32,000 bases of DNA from Breznakia blatticola (lineage in GTDB: Bacteria > Bacillota_I > Bacilli_A > Erysipelotrichales > Erysipelotrichaceae), in NCBI RefSeq assembly GCF_004365815.1, contig NZ_SODD01000003.1, forward strand, positions 1-32,000, written 5' to 3'. Within the stretch, counting starts at the first letter, position 1. Every line of letters begins with the position of its first letter. Positions 1 through 8,976 of the stretch are shown piece after piece. A model generated the notes under the pieces. That model had not been told where the DNA came from, ran no database searches, and saw only the letters and a list, made by a program, of their open reading frames with translations. The position numbers and the translations under genes are program-made.

Positions 1-173
1 AGATCTACATTTATTTCACTATTGATATAAATCAAATAATCTATTTTCAAACTTTTTCATAAAACTACTTGATTTTAATATAGTTAGCTATCTATCCTAT
101 ATATGAAGGAATGAATGTTTCCTTTATTTTATCACTTTATCATATTTGTGTTACATTTTCGAATTTGTAACAC

Positions 174-1025
174 TTATCCGTTATACGTAAATCCTTCTCC
201 ATGTACTTCATTTACGTTATTCACAATCATAAATGCAGATGGATCTACATGTTCAATAATTCTTGTTAGTAATGGCAATTGCTTTTTCAAAATAACAACC
301 ATAATCATATAGCGATCTTCTCTTGTATATGCACCTTTTGCATTCACAATTGTTGCACCACGATCCAATTGCTCATAAATTTGTTCAATGATGGTATCTG
401 TATGATCAGAAATAATCATTACATTTTGTGCTTCTGCCATACCAAGTAACATCGTTTTCTCAACCATGAGACTACTTACATACACGGAAATTAATCCAAT
501 CAGTGCTGGTTCAATACCGTGTATTGACATCCCTAACAATACCGTTAATGCATCTGTAATCAAAACGAGTCTTGATACAGGGATGTTGGTATATTTATGA
601 ATAATCAGTGGAGGAATATCCATCCCTCCCGTTGAGGCTCCAGTTCGAAAAACAAATCCAAGACCACCACCAACAAATACTCCTGCATAAATAGAAGCTA
701 ATATCGGATCAGTCGTAATGGTATATTTTGCTGCAATCAATCCAAAGACATGAACGAGTACAGGATATAAAATACTCGATAACGCCGACTTAATCATAAA
801 GTTGCGTCCAAGAAACGCTCCACCAATCAAGAATAAGGATATTGTGAGAATCGTAATGATGTCATTCACATTGATTGGTACAATTGGTGCTACAGCAACT
901 GCAATCCCTGCAACTCCACCAGATAATATATCGTTAGGTACAATAAAGAAAGCAACTCCAATTGCTAACAATATATTTCCTAGTAGCATCATGCCTACAT
1001 CATTTACTATCTCTTTTTTACTCAT
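174..1025 (-). CDS. YitT-family integral membrane protein (DUF161-type membrane repeats plus C-terminal DUF2179-like soluble domain)
   Basis: 283-aa ORF. It has several hydrophobic segments with Gly-rich YitT-type motifs (ILSGGVAGIAV, GASTGGMDIPP) followed by a soluble C-terminal domain. A GGAG RBS a few nt upstream of the ATG overlaps the prfB stop. Confidence 0.8.
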   Translation of the reverse strand: MSKKEIVNDVGMMLLGNILLAIGVAFFIVPNDILSGGVAGIAVAVAPIVPINVNDIITILTISLFLIGGAFLGRNFMIKSALSSILYPVLVHVFGLIAAKYTITTDPILASIYAGVFVGGGLGFVFRTGASTGGMDIPPLIIHKYTNIPVSRLVLITDALTVLLGMSIHGIEPALIGLISVYVSSLMVEKTMLLGMAEAQNVMIISDHTDTIIEQIYEQLDRGATIVNAKGAYTREDRYMIMVVILKKQLPLLTRIIEHVDPSAFMIVNNVNEVHGEGFTYNG

Positions 1026-1032
1026 AATTCTC

Positions 1033-2134
1033 CTATTTCACTAATGATTTTAAATACGCAAAGACAAAGTCATCAAGCTTTCCATCCATGACTCCTTGCA
1101 CATCTGTTGTTTCATAGTTTGTGCGGTTATCTTTCACAAGTTTATACGGTTGAAAAACATATGAACGAATTTGACTTCCCCATTCGATCAATTTGCTTTC
1201 TCCTTTAATTTCAGCCATTTTTTGCATTTGTGCTTCTACTTCTTTTTGATAAAGCTTACTTTTCAAAATGAGCATTGCTTGTTCTTTGTTGTCATGTTGA
1301 CTACGTCCATTTTGGTTTTTTACACTAATTCCAGTTGGAATATGTGTAATACGCACAGCAGAATCCGTCTTATTGACGTGTTGTCCACCTGCTCCACTTG
1401 AACGCATTGTTTCAATTTCTAAATCTTTATCTTCTAAGACAATTTCAACTTTGTCGTTAAACTCAGGAATGATATCGACACTTGCAAATGAAGTATGTCT
1501 ACGTCCACCTGAATCAAAAGGAGAAATACGCACCAGTCGATGTACTCCTTTTTCACTTTTTAAATACCCGTAAGCCATTGGACCTTCAATACGGACCGTG
1601 ACACTTTTTAAGCCTGCCACATCTCCAGGAAGATAATCCAAGACTTCCAGCTTAAAACCTTTGCTTGTTGCATACTTTGTATACATCCGATAGAGTATTT
1701 CTGCCCAATCGCAAGATTCTGTACCACCTGCACCAGGATGCAATTCAAGAATGCAATTGCTTTGGTCATATTCACTTGATAATAGCACTTGGATTTCAAA
1801 AGCTTCGAGTTGTTCTTCAAAGCTTTCATATTCCATTTCAAACATTTCGTGAAGTTCATGATCCTCTTCTACTTTTAACATCTCATAGATATCAAATAGA
1901 TTTGTATAGGCAACTTCTAGTCGATGACTTCCATCAACATATGCTTTTAACACATTCAAGGATGCCACATTGGCTTGCGCCTTTTTGTGGTCATCCCAGA
2001 AATTTGGTTCATTTTGTGCTTGTTCAAGTTCTTCAATTTGTTTTTTCTTACTAGCTAGGTCAAAGAGAGTCGATAAGTTGTTTTAACTTATCACTGTCAT
2101 TGTCCAAGTGTTGTTTAATCTCATATAATTCCAT
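1033..2134 (-). CDS. prfB: Peptide chain release factor 2, expressed via a programmed +1 frameshift (frame 0: 2134..2063; frame +1: 2061..1033)
   Basis: The ORF-track piece 1033..1968 carries the RF2 hallmarks SPF (RISPFDSGG) and GGQ (SGAGGQHVNKT). Upstream, ATG at 2134 encodes MELYEIKQHLDNDSDKLKQLIDSL and ends in CTT TGA C. The +1 frame then continues open as DLASKKKQIEELEQAQNEPNFWDD... into the 311-aa ORF. Joined length is 366 aa. An AGGTG RBS lies inside the end of secA. Confidence 0.92.
2059..2065 (-). promoter_or_regulatory. RF2 autoregulatory +1 ribosomal frameshift site CTT TGA C
   Basis: Minus-strand CTT (2065..2063), in-frame TGA (2062..2060) and following C (2059) match the canonical prfB shift heptamer exactly. 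Confidence 0.9.
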
Positions 2135-2140
2135 AGACAC

Positions 2141-4474
2141 CTATGCTTCTTTACGCTCGATTTTAATACGAATTGCGAAGAATACGATTTCACGTGCGAT
2201 GTTTTGTGACATATCATCGAACATTTCAAATCCTTCTTGTACATATTGTTGTAATGGGTTTGATTGTGCAAAACTACGTAAGTGAATTCCATCACGAAGT
2301 TTACTCATCGTATCAATGTGATCAATCCAGTTACGGTCAATTGTACGTAATACTACATTACGTTCGAATTGTGTATATTGTTCACGAATTCCATCAAGTT
2401 TTGCATCATAGAAATCCCAAGTGAAATCTAAAGCTTTTCCTTTTACTTCATCAGGGTCTAATCCAAAGAACATTTCTTCTTTGATTGTTCCTTCTTCAAA
2501 TCCAAGTACTTCAAATGCGTTTACTAAACTTTTTGTATCCACATCTCCACTTGCACCAATGTTTGCATCTACCATGTTATTTGTAACACGTTCAAACATT
2601 TCTTTTACAATGTCATGCACATTTTCATTTTCTAAAATGTGGTTACGAAGATCATAAATAATCTCACGTTGTTGACGAAGTACATCATCATAGTCAAGTA
2701 ATTGTTTACGCACGTCGTAGTTTTGACCTTCGACACGTTTTTGCGCATTTCCAATTGCTTTACTTACCATTTTTGATTCAATCGCAGCTCCTTCAAGTGA
2801 AGAGAATGCTTTGTTTAATAATCCTTCTTGTCCAAAACGTACCATTAATGTATCTTGAAGTGATACATAGAATCTAGAGAACCCAGGGTCCCCTTGACGT
2901 CCAGAACGTCCACGAAGTTGGTTATCAATACGACGTGATTCATGACGTTCACTACCCAATACAGCAAGTCCACCTAACACTTTACTTTCATCAGAAAGCT
3001 TAATATCGGTACCACGACCAGCCATGTTGGTTGCGATTGTTACAGAACCTACTTGTCCTGCTTTTGCGATGATATCCGCTTCACGTTCGTGGTTTTTCGC
3101 ATTTAACACTTCGTGTTTAATACGTTCGCGTTTTAACATTTGACTAATGTGTTCAGAAACTTCAACTGAAATTGTACCAACAAGTACTGGTTGTCCTTTT
3201 TCATGAAGTGTTTTTACTTCTTCAACTAAGGCTAAGAATTTGTATTCTGCAGTTTCGAAAATTGCATCTGGATAGTCCATTCTTGCAACTGGGCGGTTTG
3301 TTGGGATTTCAATAACACGCATGTTGTAGATTTCTAAGAATTCTTCTTCTTCGGTTTTTGCTGTCCCTGTCATACCACATAGTTTGTCATATAAACGGAA
3401 GAAGTTTTGGTACGTGATTGTTGCTAACGTACTTGTTTCTTCTTTGATCTTTACACCTTCTTTAGCTTCAATGGCTTGGTGTAATCCATCAGAATACGCA
3501 CGACCTTTCATCAAACGACCTGTAAATTGGTCAACGATAACAATTTCATCACCATCAACTACATATTCAACATCACGCATCATAATGTAGTTTGCACGTA
3601 GTGCCATTGTAATGTGGTGAACAAGTTGTGAGTGTTCCACATCATATAAGTTTTTCACTTTGAAGTTTTTCTCTGCACGTGCAACTCCACTTTCTGTTAA
3701 GCGTACTTGACGTGTTTTTTCATCAACTTCATAGTCACTTGGTTTTAACATTTTTGCGAAGTAATCCGCATTTTGATAAAGGTTCGCTGTTTTCTTAGCT
3801 CCCCCTGAAATGATCAATGGAGTTCTAGACTCATCAACTAAAATTGAATCGACCTCATCGACAAGTGCTGTATTAAGTCCACGCATAACACGGTCCTTTA
3901 CATCTGTCACCATATTATCTCTTAGGTAATCAAATCCTAGTTCTGAGTTTGTTGTATACATAATGTCACATGCATATGCTGCACGTTTTTCACTAGGTGT
4001 AAGTGCACGCATATTCACACCAACACTCAATCCTAGAAATTCATAGATTTGTCCCATCCATTCAGCATCACGACTTGCTAAGTATTCGTTTACTGTAACT
4101 ACATGTACACCTTGTGATGATAGTGCATTTAAATACACTGCCATTGTTGAAGTAAGGGTTTTCCCTTCTCCGGTTTTCATTTCGGCAATATCACCATTAT
4201 GCATAACAATTGCCCCCATGATTTGGACTAAATATGGGAACTCACCAATTACGCGTTTTGCAGCTTCACGACTTACCGCAAATGCTTCAACTAATATATC
4301 ATCAAGTGTTTCTCCACCTTGTACTCTTGCTTTAAATTCTGCAGTTTTTTCACGTAATGCATCATCACTTAATGCTTCCATTTCACCTGCTAAGGCATCA
4401 ACTTTTCTTGCTGTTGATTCAATTTGTTTGAGGCGTCCACTTTCCCCACCAAACAATTTATTTAAAATACCCAT
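2141..4474 (-). CDS. secA: Preprotein translocase ATPase SecA (short form, no C-terminal Zn-finger tail)
   Basis: 777-aa ORF with a typical SecA N-terminus (MGILNKLFGG...), Walker A MKTGEGKT, a DEAD-like VDEVDSILVDE motif and TNMAGRGTDIKL. GGAGG RBS 6 nt upstream. The C-terminus ends ...IKIERKEA with no CxCx8C(H/C) motif. Confidence 0.97.
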   Translation of the reverse strand: MGILNKLFGGESGRLKQIESTARKVDALAGEMEALSDDALREKTAEFKARVQGGETLDDILVEAFAVSREAAKRVIGEFPYLVQIMGAIVMHNGDIAEMKTGEGKTLTSTMAVYLNALSSQGVHVVTVNEYLASRDAEWMGQIYEFLGLSVGVNMRALTPSEKRAAYACDIMYTTNSELGFDYLRDNMVTDVKDRVMRGLNTALVDEVDSILVDESRTPLIISGGAKKTANLYQNADYFAKMLKPSDYEVDEKTRQVRLTESGVARAEKNFKVKNLYDVEHSQLVHHITMALRANYIMMRDVEYVVDGDEIVIVDQFTGRLMKGRAYSDGLHQAIEAKEGVKIKEETSTLATITYQNFFRLYDKLCGMTGTAKTEEEEFLEIYNMRVIEIPTNRPVARMDYPDAIFETAEYKFLALVEEVKTLHEKGQPVLVGTISVEVSEHISQMLKRERIKHEVLNAKNHEREADIIAKAGQVGSVTIATNMAGRGTDIKLSDESKVLGGLAVLGSERHESRRIDNQLRGRSGRQGDPGFSRFYVSLQDTLMVRFGQEGLLNKAFSSLEGAAIESKMVSKAIGNAQKRVEGQNYDVRKQLLDYDDVLRQQREIIYDLRNHILENENVHDIVKEMFERVTNNMVDANIGASGDVDTKSLVNAFEVLGFEEGTIKEEMFFGLDPDEVKGKALDFTWDFYDAKLDGIREQYTQFERNVVLRTIDRNWIDHIDTMSKLRDGIHLRSFAQSNPLQQYVQEGFEMFDDMSQNIAREIVFFAIRIKIERKEA

Positions 4475-4521
4475 GTATATACCTCCATACCTTGATTATT
4501 ATACCTTATTTACTGCCTATA

Positions 4522-4560
4522 TACAAAACAAAGAGAAGGAATTTCACTTCCCTCTCCTTG
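4522..4560 (-). terminator. Rho-independent terminator downstream of the cold-shock gene
   Basis: Minus-sense 13-bp stem (CAAGGAGAGGGAA / TTCCTTCTCTTTG, two G.U pairs) with loop GTGAAA, followed by TTTTGTAT. Confidence 0.7.
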
Positions 4561-4566
4561 TGTTAA

Positions 4567-4767
4567 TTAAGCTATAACTTTAATGTCTTGCGCTTGTAAT
4601 CCACGATCTGTTTCGATCATGTCAAATTCGACTTCTGTATCTGGATCAATTGTCTTGAAACCATCCATAACAAGTTGTGAATAATGGAAGAAAACGTCTT
4701 TTCCATCTTCAATTGTAATGAAACCGAATCCCTTTTCAGGGTTGAACATTTTGATTTTTCCTTGCAT
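4567..4767 (-). CDS. Cold-shock protein (CspA family, CSD fold)
   Basis: 66-aa ORF MQGKIKMFNPEKGFGFI...DVFFHYS with RNP1-like (KGFGFI) and RNP2-like (VFFHY) motifs. Confidence 0.93.
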   Translation of the reverse strand: MQGKIKMFNPEKGFGFITIEDGKDVFFHYSQLVMDGFKTIDPDTEVEFDMIETDRGLQAQDIKVIA

Positions 4768-4907
4768 TACGATCAGTACTCCCTAGCCTTTCTATGCAGT
4801 GTGACCACATACACTCATTGTACACGCTTACTTTAAAAAAAACAAACATAAAACATACAAGTGTAACCGCTTATATTTCGTTAATGAAAATAATACTTTT
4901 CACTTAT

Positions 4908-4945
4908 ATAAAACAAAGCAAAGTACATAAAATATACCTTGCTTT
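4908..4945 (-). terminator. Rho-independent terminator after the iron/siderophore ABC operon
   Basis: Minus-sense stem AAAGCAAGGTA / TACTTTGCTTT (one G.U) 16 nt after the stop at 4961, followed by GTTTTAT. Confidence 0.6.
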
Positions 4946-4960
4946 TGATATGTTTATTTC

Positions 4961-5953
4961 TTATGGAAGCAGTGCACTTTCTAAATCACTTAACATATAA
5001 TCTAATGCGCGAATTCCACCTTCAGCTGTATACCATATATTGGAATGTTCAAGATATACAATTCGATTATTTTTGTATGCATCTGTCGTTTGTACCAATT
5101 CATTTTCAATCACTTCTTTTGCTGGAGTCGCACCTTCTGTACCAATTGCTTCATCACGGTTCATCACAAAAATATAATCCGGTTGTAGACGAACAATATA
5201 TTCAAAGGAAGTTTCATTTCCGTGAGTTGATGTAATATTTGATTTTCCTTCATCACTTTGTGCACCTAAGCCAACGTTTTCAAATCCAACTTCAACCCCA
5301 ATTAGTGAACAGCGTCCATCATTACCTAACACATTAAATCCACCAGCATTAAGCATCCCAACAAAAGCTGTTTGATCTTTCGCAATCGCTTGTAGTTTCT
5401 CGATTCGTGCATCATAGTCTGTAAATAGATTTTTCACAGTATCTTCCTTACCAAAAATGGAAGCAATCGTAGTTGCATTTTCTTTTGTACTTTCAACAAC
5501 ACCTTTTTCTGTATCTGTTGCTAAAAACACAACAGGTGCAATTTTTGATAATTCATCATACTGACTAGCTAAACGTCCACCGATAAAGATCACATCAGGA
5601 TTTGCCTCCATCACTTTCTCTAAACTTACTTCTTTAATCGTTCCTAGATTAAGAAGTTCTTCATTATTTACATACGATTGAAGATATGCAATTGATGAAC
5701 CTTTAGATACACCAACCACACGATCCCCAACACCAATGTTATCTAATATATCAAGTGCTGCTAAGTCCATGACTGCCACACGTTGTGGATTGTATGGAAC
5801 ATCCAACTCAATTTGTTCTTTATTTGCATTCAATGTTGTAATTGTTACTGTTTCTTTTTTTGTATTTTCTTTTGTTGTGCTGCTTTCCTTGTTACAAGCC
5901 ACAAGTGCAAACATCATCACACATGCTAAACACACAGTTGTTATTTTTTTCAT
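4961..5953 (-). CDS. Siderophore/iron-chelate ABC transporter substrate-binding lipoprotein (Peripla_BP_2 type)
   Basis: 330-aa ORF. The N-terminal signal peptide has the lipobox LVAC (MKKITTVCLACVMMFALVAC|NKE). It is the last gene of a permease-permease-ATPase-binding protein operon, the same order as YclNOPQ/CeuBCDE-type systems. AGAGGAGA RBS. Confidence 0.88.
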   Translation of the reverse strand: MKKITTVCLACVMMFALVACNKESSTTKENTKKETVTITTLNANKEQIELDVPYNPQRVAVMDLAALDILDNIGVGDRVVGVSKGSSIAYLQSYVNNEELLNLGTIKEVSLEKVMEANPDVIFIGGRLASQYDELSKIAPVVFLATDTEKGVVESTKENATTIASIFGKEDTVKNLFTDYDARIEKLQAIAKDQTAFVGMLNAGGFNVLGNDGRCSLIGVEVGFENVGLGAQSDEGKSNITSTHGNETSFEYIVRLQPDYIFVMNRDEAIGTEGATPAKEVIENELVQTTDAYKNNRIVYLEHSNIWYTAEGGIRALDYMLSDLESALLP

Positions 5954-5967
5954 ATTTTCAATCTCCT

Positions 5968-6720
5968 CTAATAGTAAATGGAAAGTGGTTTTCCCTTCAC
6001 TTCTTGAATTTCAAAATCTACTTTATAGATATTTTTTAAATTTTCTTTTGTGATTACTTCTTCTACTGGACCAAAGTTTGTGATTTTCCCATCAACAAAC
6101 GCACAAATATAGTCCGAATAAAATGCAGCATAATTAATTTCATGCAATACCATGATTACGGTTTTATGTAGTTCATCGCATAGTTTGCGAAGAGTTTTCA
6201 TCATATTGGATGCATGATAAATGTCTAAGTTATTGGTTGGTTCATCCAATAAAACATATTCCGTATCCTGTGCAATGACCATTGCGATATATGCACGTTG
6301 TCTTTGCCCTCCAGATAGTTCATCAATAAATTGATCTTGCATTTGGGTTAATTCCATATAGTCAATCGCGTTTTGAATTAGCTCTTCATCTTCTTTATTC
6401 AAATGACTTCCAGAGTATGGAAAACGACCAAAAGCAACAAGTTCACGTACTGTTAGCTTCATTTGTACATGGTTGCTTTGTGTTAAGATCGCAAGACGCT
6501 TACTTAATTCTTTACTTTTCCACGCTTCTAATTTCTTTCCTTTAAAAGTGATACATCCTGTATCCTTGGCAATTAGTCGGGATATCATATGCATTACGGT
6601 TGATTTTCCAGCACCATTTGGACCAATTAAAGAAAGTACTTTTCCTTTTGGAATTTCAAAATCTACTTGATCTACAACCGTTTTTCCATCATATGTTTTT
6701 GTTAGTTTTTCGATTTTCAT
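5968..6720 (-). CDS. Iron-chelate ABC transporter ATP-binding protein
   Basis: 250-aa ORF with Walker A GPNGAGKST, the ABC signature LSGGQRQR, Walker B VLLDEPTNNLD and an H-loop (VLHEIN). Confidence 0.92.
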   Translation of the reverse strand: MKIEKLTKTYDGKTVVDQVDFEIPKGKVLSLIGPNGAGKSTVMHMISRLIAKDTGCITFKGKKLEAWKSKELSKRLAILTQSNHVQMKLTVRELVAFGRFPYSGSHLNKEDEELIQNAIDYMELTQMQDQFIDELSGGQRQRAYIAMVIAQDTEYVLLDEPTNNLDIYHASNMMKTLRKLCDELHKTVIMVLHEINYAAFYSDYICAFVDGKITNFGPVEEVITKENLKNIYKVDFEIQEVKGKPLSIYY

Positions 6721-7770
6721 CTAGATACTCCTTTTTTGTCGCAGCAGTAAGTATAAGAAATACAAACCACCAATTACAGTGACAAATACACTTAATGGAA
6801 CTGCGTATACCATAATGTGTTCCACAAATACTTGTCCACCAATTAAAGCTATCATACCAACCAATACCGATCCCATAATTAAGTAACGATGTTGATACGT
6901 TTGAAACATTTGTCTTGCGATATTTGCCACAATCAAACCTAAAAATGAAATAGGTCCTACTAGCGCTGTAGCAACAGCAATAAGTAATACGACACCAAAC
7001 AAAAGTCTTCGAATCGTACGATCATAGTCTACACCAAGGTTGATTGCTTGCTCTTTACCTAAGGTAATAACATCTAATAAAGCAAAGTCTTTTCTCAAGA
7101 TATATGAAATTGCAATAACCACCACAATAGAAAACAGGATAATTTCTGTATTCACATTTGAGAAACTTGCCACTAAACTAACCAGTAGCGTGTCATATTC
7201 ATTTGGATCCATGACACGAATCATCGTTGATTGCATACTACCAAATAAAGATGATAATACCGTTCCAATTAACAATACATATAAAATATTGTATTTCGTC
7301 TTTTTGAATAGGTATCCATAAATAAAAGTTGCACTTACACCCATGACAAGTAAATCTATAGCAAACGATAGATTCACATTACTTGCTATACGACTTGCAG
7401 ATCCAAAAAAGAAGACGATTGCTGTATGCAATAAGGTATATAGTGAATTCATTCCAAGTAAGCAAGGAGTCACGATTGTATTTTGAATTACCGATTGGAA
7501 AATCATTGATGCCTTACCGATACATAATGCAACAACAAGCATCGCTATAAGTTTTGGTACACGGATTTCAAGTGCATACCAAAATAATTGGGGATGATCA
7601 AAGCGAACGCCAACGAATACATAGAGCACACAAGCAAGTACAGTACACATCGCAAGCAACACAAGTGTCCATTTGTGAGAACGTTCTCTTTTTTGTAGAG
7701 TAGTAGCTTTATGTTTATTCTTTGCAATAGAAGGTGTTTGATCTATCGTGAATTGTTTTATGTATTTCAT
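6721..7770 (-). CDS. Iron-chelate uptake ABC permease (FecCD family), second permease
   Basis: 349-aa polytopic membrane ORF of FecCD type. Its ATG overlaps the upstream permease stop (ATGA), and it abuts the ATPase start. Confidence 0.9.
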   Translation of the reverse strand: MKYIKQFTIDQTPSIAKNKHKATTLQKRERSHKWTLVLLAMCTVLACVLYVFVGVRFDHPQLFWYALEIRVPKLIAMLVVALCIGKASMIFQSVIQNTIVTPCLLGMNSLYTLLHTAIVFFFGSASRIASNVNLSFAIDLLVMGVSATFIYGYLFKKTKYNILYVLLIGTVLSSLFGSMQSTMIRVMDPNEYDTLLVSLVASFSNVNTEIILFSIVVVIAISYILRKDFALLDVITLGKEQAINLGVDYDRTIRRLLFGVVLLIAVATALVGPISFLGLIVANIARQMFQTYQHRYLIMGSVLVGMIALIGGQVFVEHIMVYAVPLSVFVTVIGGLYFLYLLLRQKRSI

Positions 7771-8810
7771 GAAGAAGCTCCTTCGATCATGGTTTTCTTC
7801 TCTTTTCTAACAATGGCTTTTCTACCATGATTCAAGCGTCGTATTAAAATTGCAATAAATACAACACTTCCTAAAATACCGATAATTAACTCAATCGGTA
7901 ATTCATATGGCGCAATCACTACACGTGCTAATATATCGCAAACTAATACGAATAGTGCCCCAAGCAATGCAGTATCCACCAAAGTGCCTCGTATTTTATC
8001 ACCTTTAAACATTGCGACAAGGTTTGGCACAATTAAGCCAATATAAGAAATACTTCCTACAACTACCACAACACTTGCAGTAATCATGGCTGCAATACTT
8101 AAACCAATAAATAAAATAACATTGTAGTTTACACCAAGATTTTTTGAAAAGTCTTTTCCCATTCCAACGATATTGAAATGATTGGCAAATATAAATGCAC
8201 AAATCACAAGCGGAACTACTAAGTATACAATTTCATAGCGACCTCGTAAGACCATTGAAAAATGCCCAGTTAACCAAGAAGACAATGCTTGTGTCATCTC
8301 AAATTTATAGGCAACGAAATTGGTAATTCCACCAATCACATTCCCAAACATAATCCCCACAAGTGGTACCATTACGACATCTTTAAACTGAATCTTTTGA
8401 ATAAAATAGATATAGATCCATGTCCCTAGTAGTGCAAACAAAGATGCAATGATCGCTCTTTGCCATATCGTAGCAGCTGGAATAAAAACTAATACCATGA
8501 GAATTCCAAATTGTGCAGAAGAAATAGTTGCTCCTGTAGTTGGTGATACAAACTTATTCATACAAAGTTGCTGCATAATAAGTCCTGCCACACTCATACC
8601 GACTCCTGTGCAAAGAATTGCAAGTAGTCTAGGCAGACGTGAAATAAGTAATATCTCAATTTGCGAAAAGTCTTTACCCAATATCCCTGATAACTCCATA
8701 TCTAAGACACCAACAAATAATGACGCATAAGATACAATGAGTGTTAAACCTAATAAAATAAACGTAAACTTTCTTTCTTTGATAAGATCCACCTCCCGAA
8801 GTTTTAGCAA
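7767..8810 (-). CDS. Iron-chelate uptake ABC permease (FecCD family), first permease; true start probably downstream of the ORF-track TTG
   Basis: Polytopic FecCD-type sequence (SRLPRLLAILCTGVGMSVAGLIMQQL..NKFVSPTTGA). The only strong SD (GGAGGTG, 8796..8790) lies inside the annotated 5' end, 6 nt upstream of an in-frame ATC at 8783. See findings. Confidence 0.85.
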   Translation of the reverse strand: MLKLREVDLIKERKFTFILLGLTLIVSYASLFVGVLDMELSGILGKDFSQIEILLISRLPRLLAILCTGVGMSVAGLIMQQLCMNKFVSPTTGATISSAQFGILMVLVFIPAATIWQRAIIASLFALLGTWIYIYFIQKIQFKDVVMVPLVGIMFGNVIGGITNFVAYKFEMTQALSSWLTGHFSMVLRGRYEIVYLVVPLVICAFIFANHFNIVGMGKDFSKNLGVNYNVILFIGLSIAAMITASVVVVVGSISYIGLIVPNLVAMFKGDKIRGTLVDTALLGALFVLVCDILARVVIAPYELPIELIIGILGSVVFIAILIRRLNHGRKAIVRKEKKTMIEGASS

Positions 8811-8852
8811 AACGTTTCATGTAAAACTCTAATCCCTATCAACATATAAAAT

Positions 8853-8868
8853 GTTAGACGTCTCTAAC
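8853..8868. promoter_or_regulatory. Perfect dyad GTTAGA-N4-TCTAAC at about +1..+16 of the iron ABC promoter (candidate repressor operator)
   Basis: 6-bp perfect inverted arms with a 4-nt spacer, immediately downstream of the -10. A further TTAGAC copy sits at 8869..8874. Confidence 0.4.
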
Positions 8869-8875
8869 TTAGACA

Positions 8876-8904
8876 AGGATAACATTTTATATTTTTCGTG
8901 TCAA
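8876..8904 (-). promoter_or_regulatory. Candidate sigma-A promoter of the iron ABC operon (-35 TTGACA, 17 nt, extended -10 TGtTATCCT)
   Basis: The minus strand reads TTGACA cgaaaaatataaaatgt TATCCT. The -35 is perfect, the spacer is 17 nt and a TG lies at -15/-14. Confidence 0.5.
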
Positions 8905-8923
8905 TAACTTTTGAACTTCAAAA

Positions 8924-8951
8924 TAGACATTCAAAATCTACGTGTTACAAT
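8924..8951 (+). promoter_or_regulatory. Candidate promoter of the mscS-family gene (-35 TAGACA, 16 nt, extended -10 TGtTACAAT)
   Basis: TAGACA at 8924..8929 and TACAAT at 8946..8951, preceded by TGt. The AAAGGAGG RBS and the ATG at 8977 follow. Confidence 0.5.
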
Positions 8952-8976
8952 ATATAAAAACTAAAGGAGGCACACC

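Noticed and set aside
148-173. Perfect 8-bp hairpin GTGTTACA(N10)TGTAACAC immediately after the yitT-family stop, considered as an intrinsic terminator.
   Set aside because: No U-tract follows it on the minus strand (the sequence continues AAATATGAT), so it does not meet the canonical terminator criteria. It could still be a stabilising 3' hairpin.
1665-2054. 129-aa plus-strand ORF antisense to prfB, and similar shadow ORFs (1171..1401, 1373..1573, 2173..2657, 3384..3590, and 4218..4577 antisense to secA).
   Set aside because: They lie entirely antisense to strongly recognisable, motif-rich genes. They have no RBS and show low-complexity or odd composition. These are typical shadow ORFs of AT-rich coding DNA.
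8876-8895. Fur-box-like sequence GGATAACATTTTATA upstream of the iron ABC operon.
   Set aside because: Only about 8 of 14 half-site positions match the 7-1-7 consensus TGATAATnATTATCA, which is indistinguishable from AT-rich background. The GTTAGA-N4-TCTAAC dyad is the better operator candidate.
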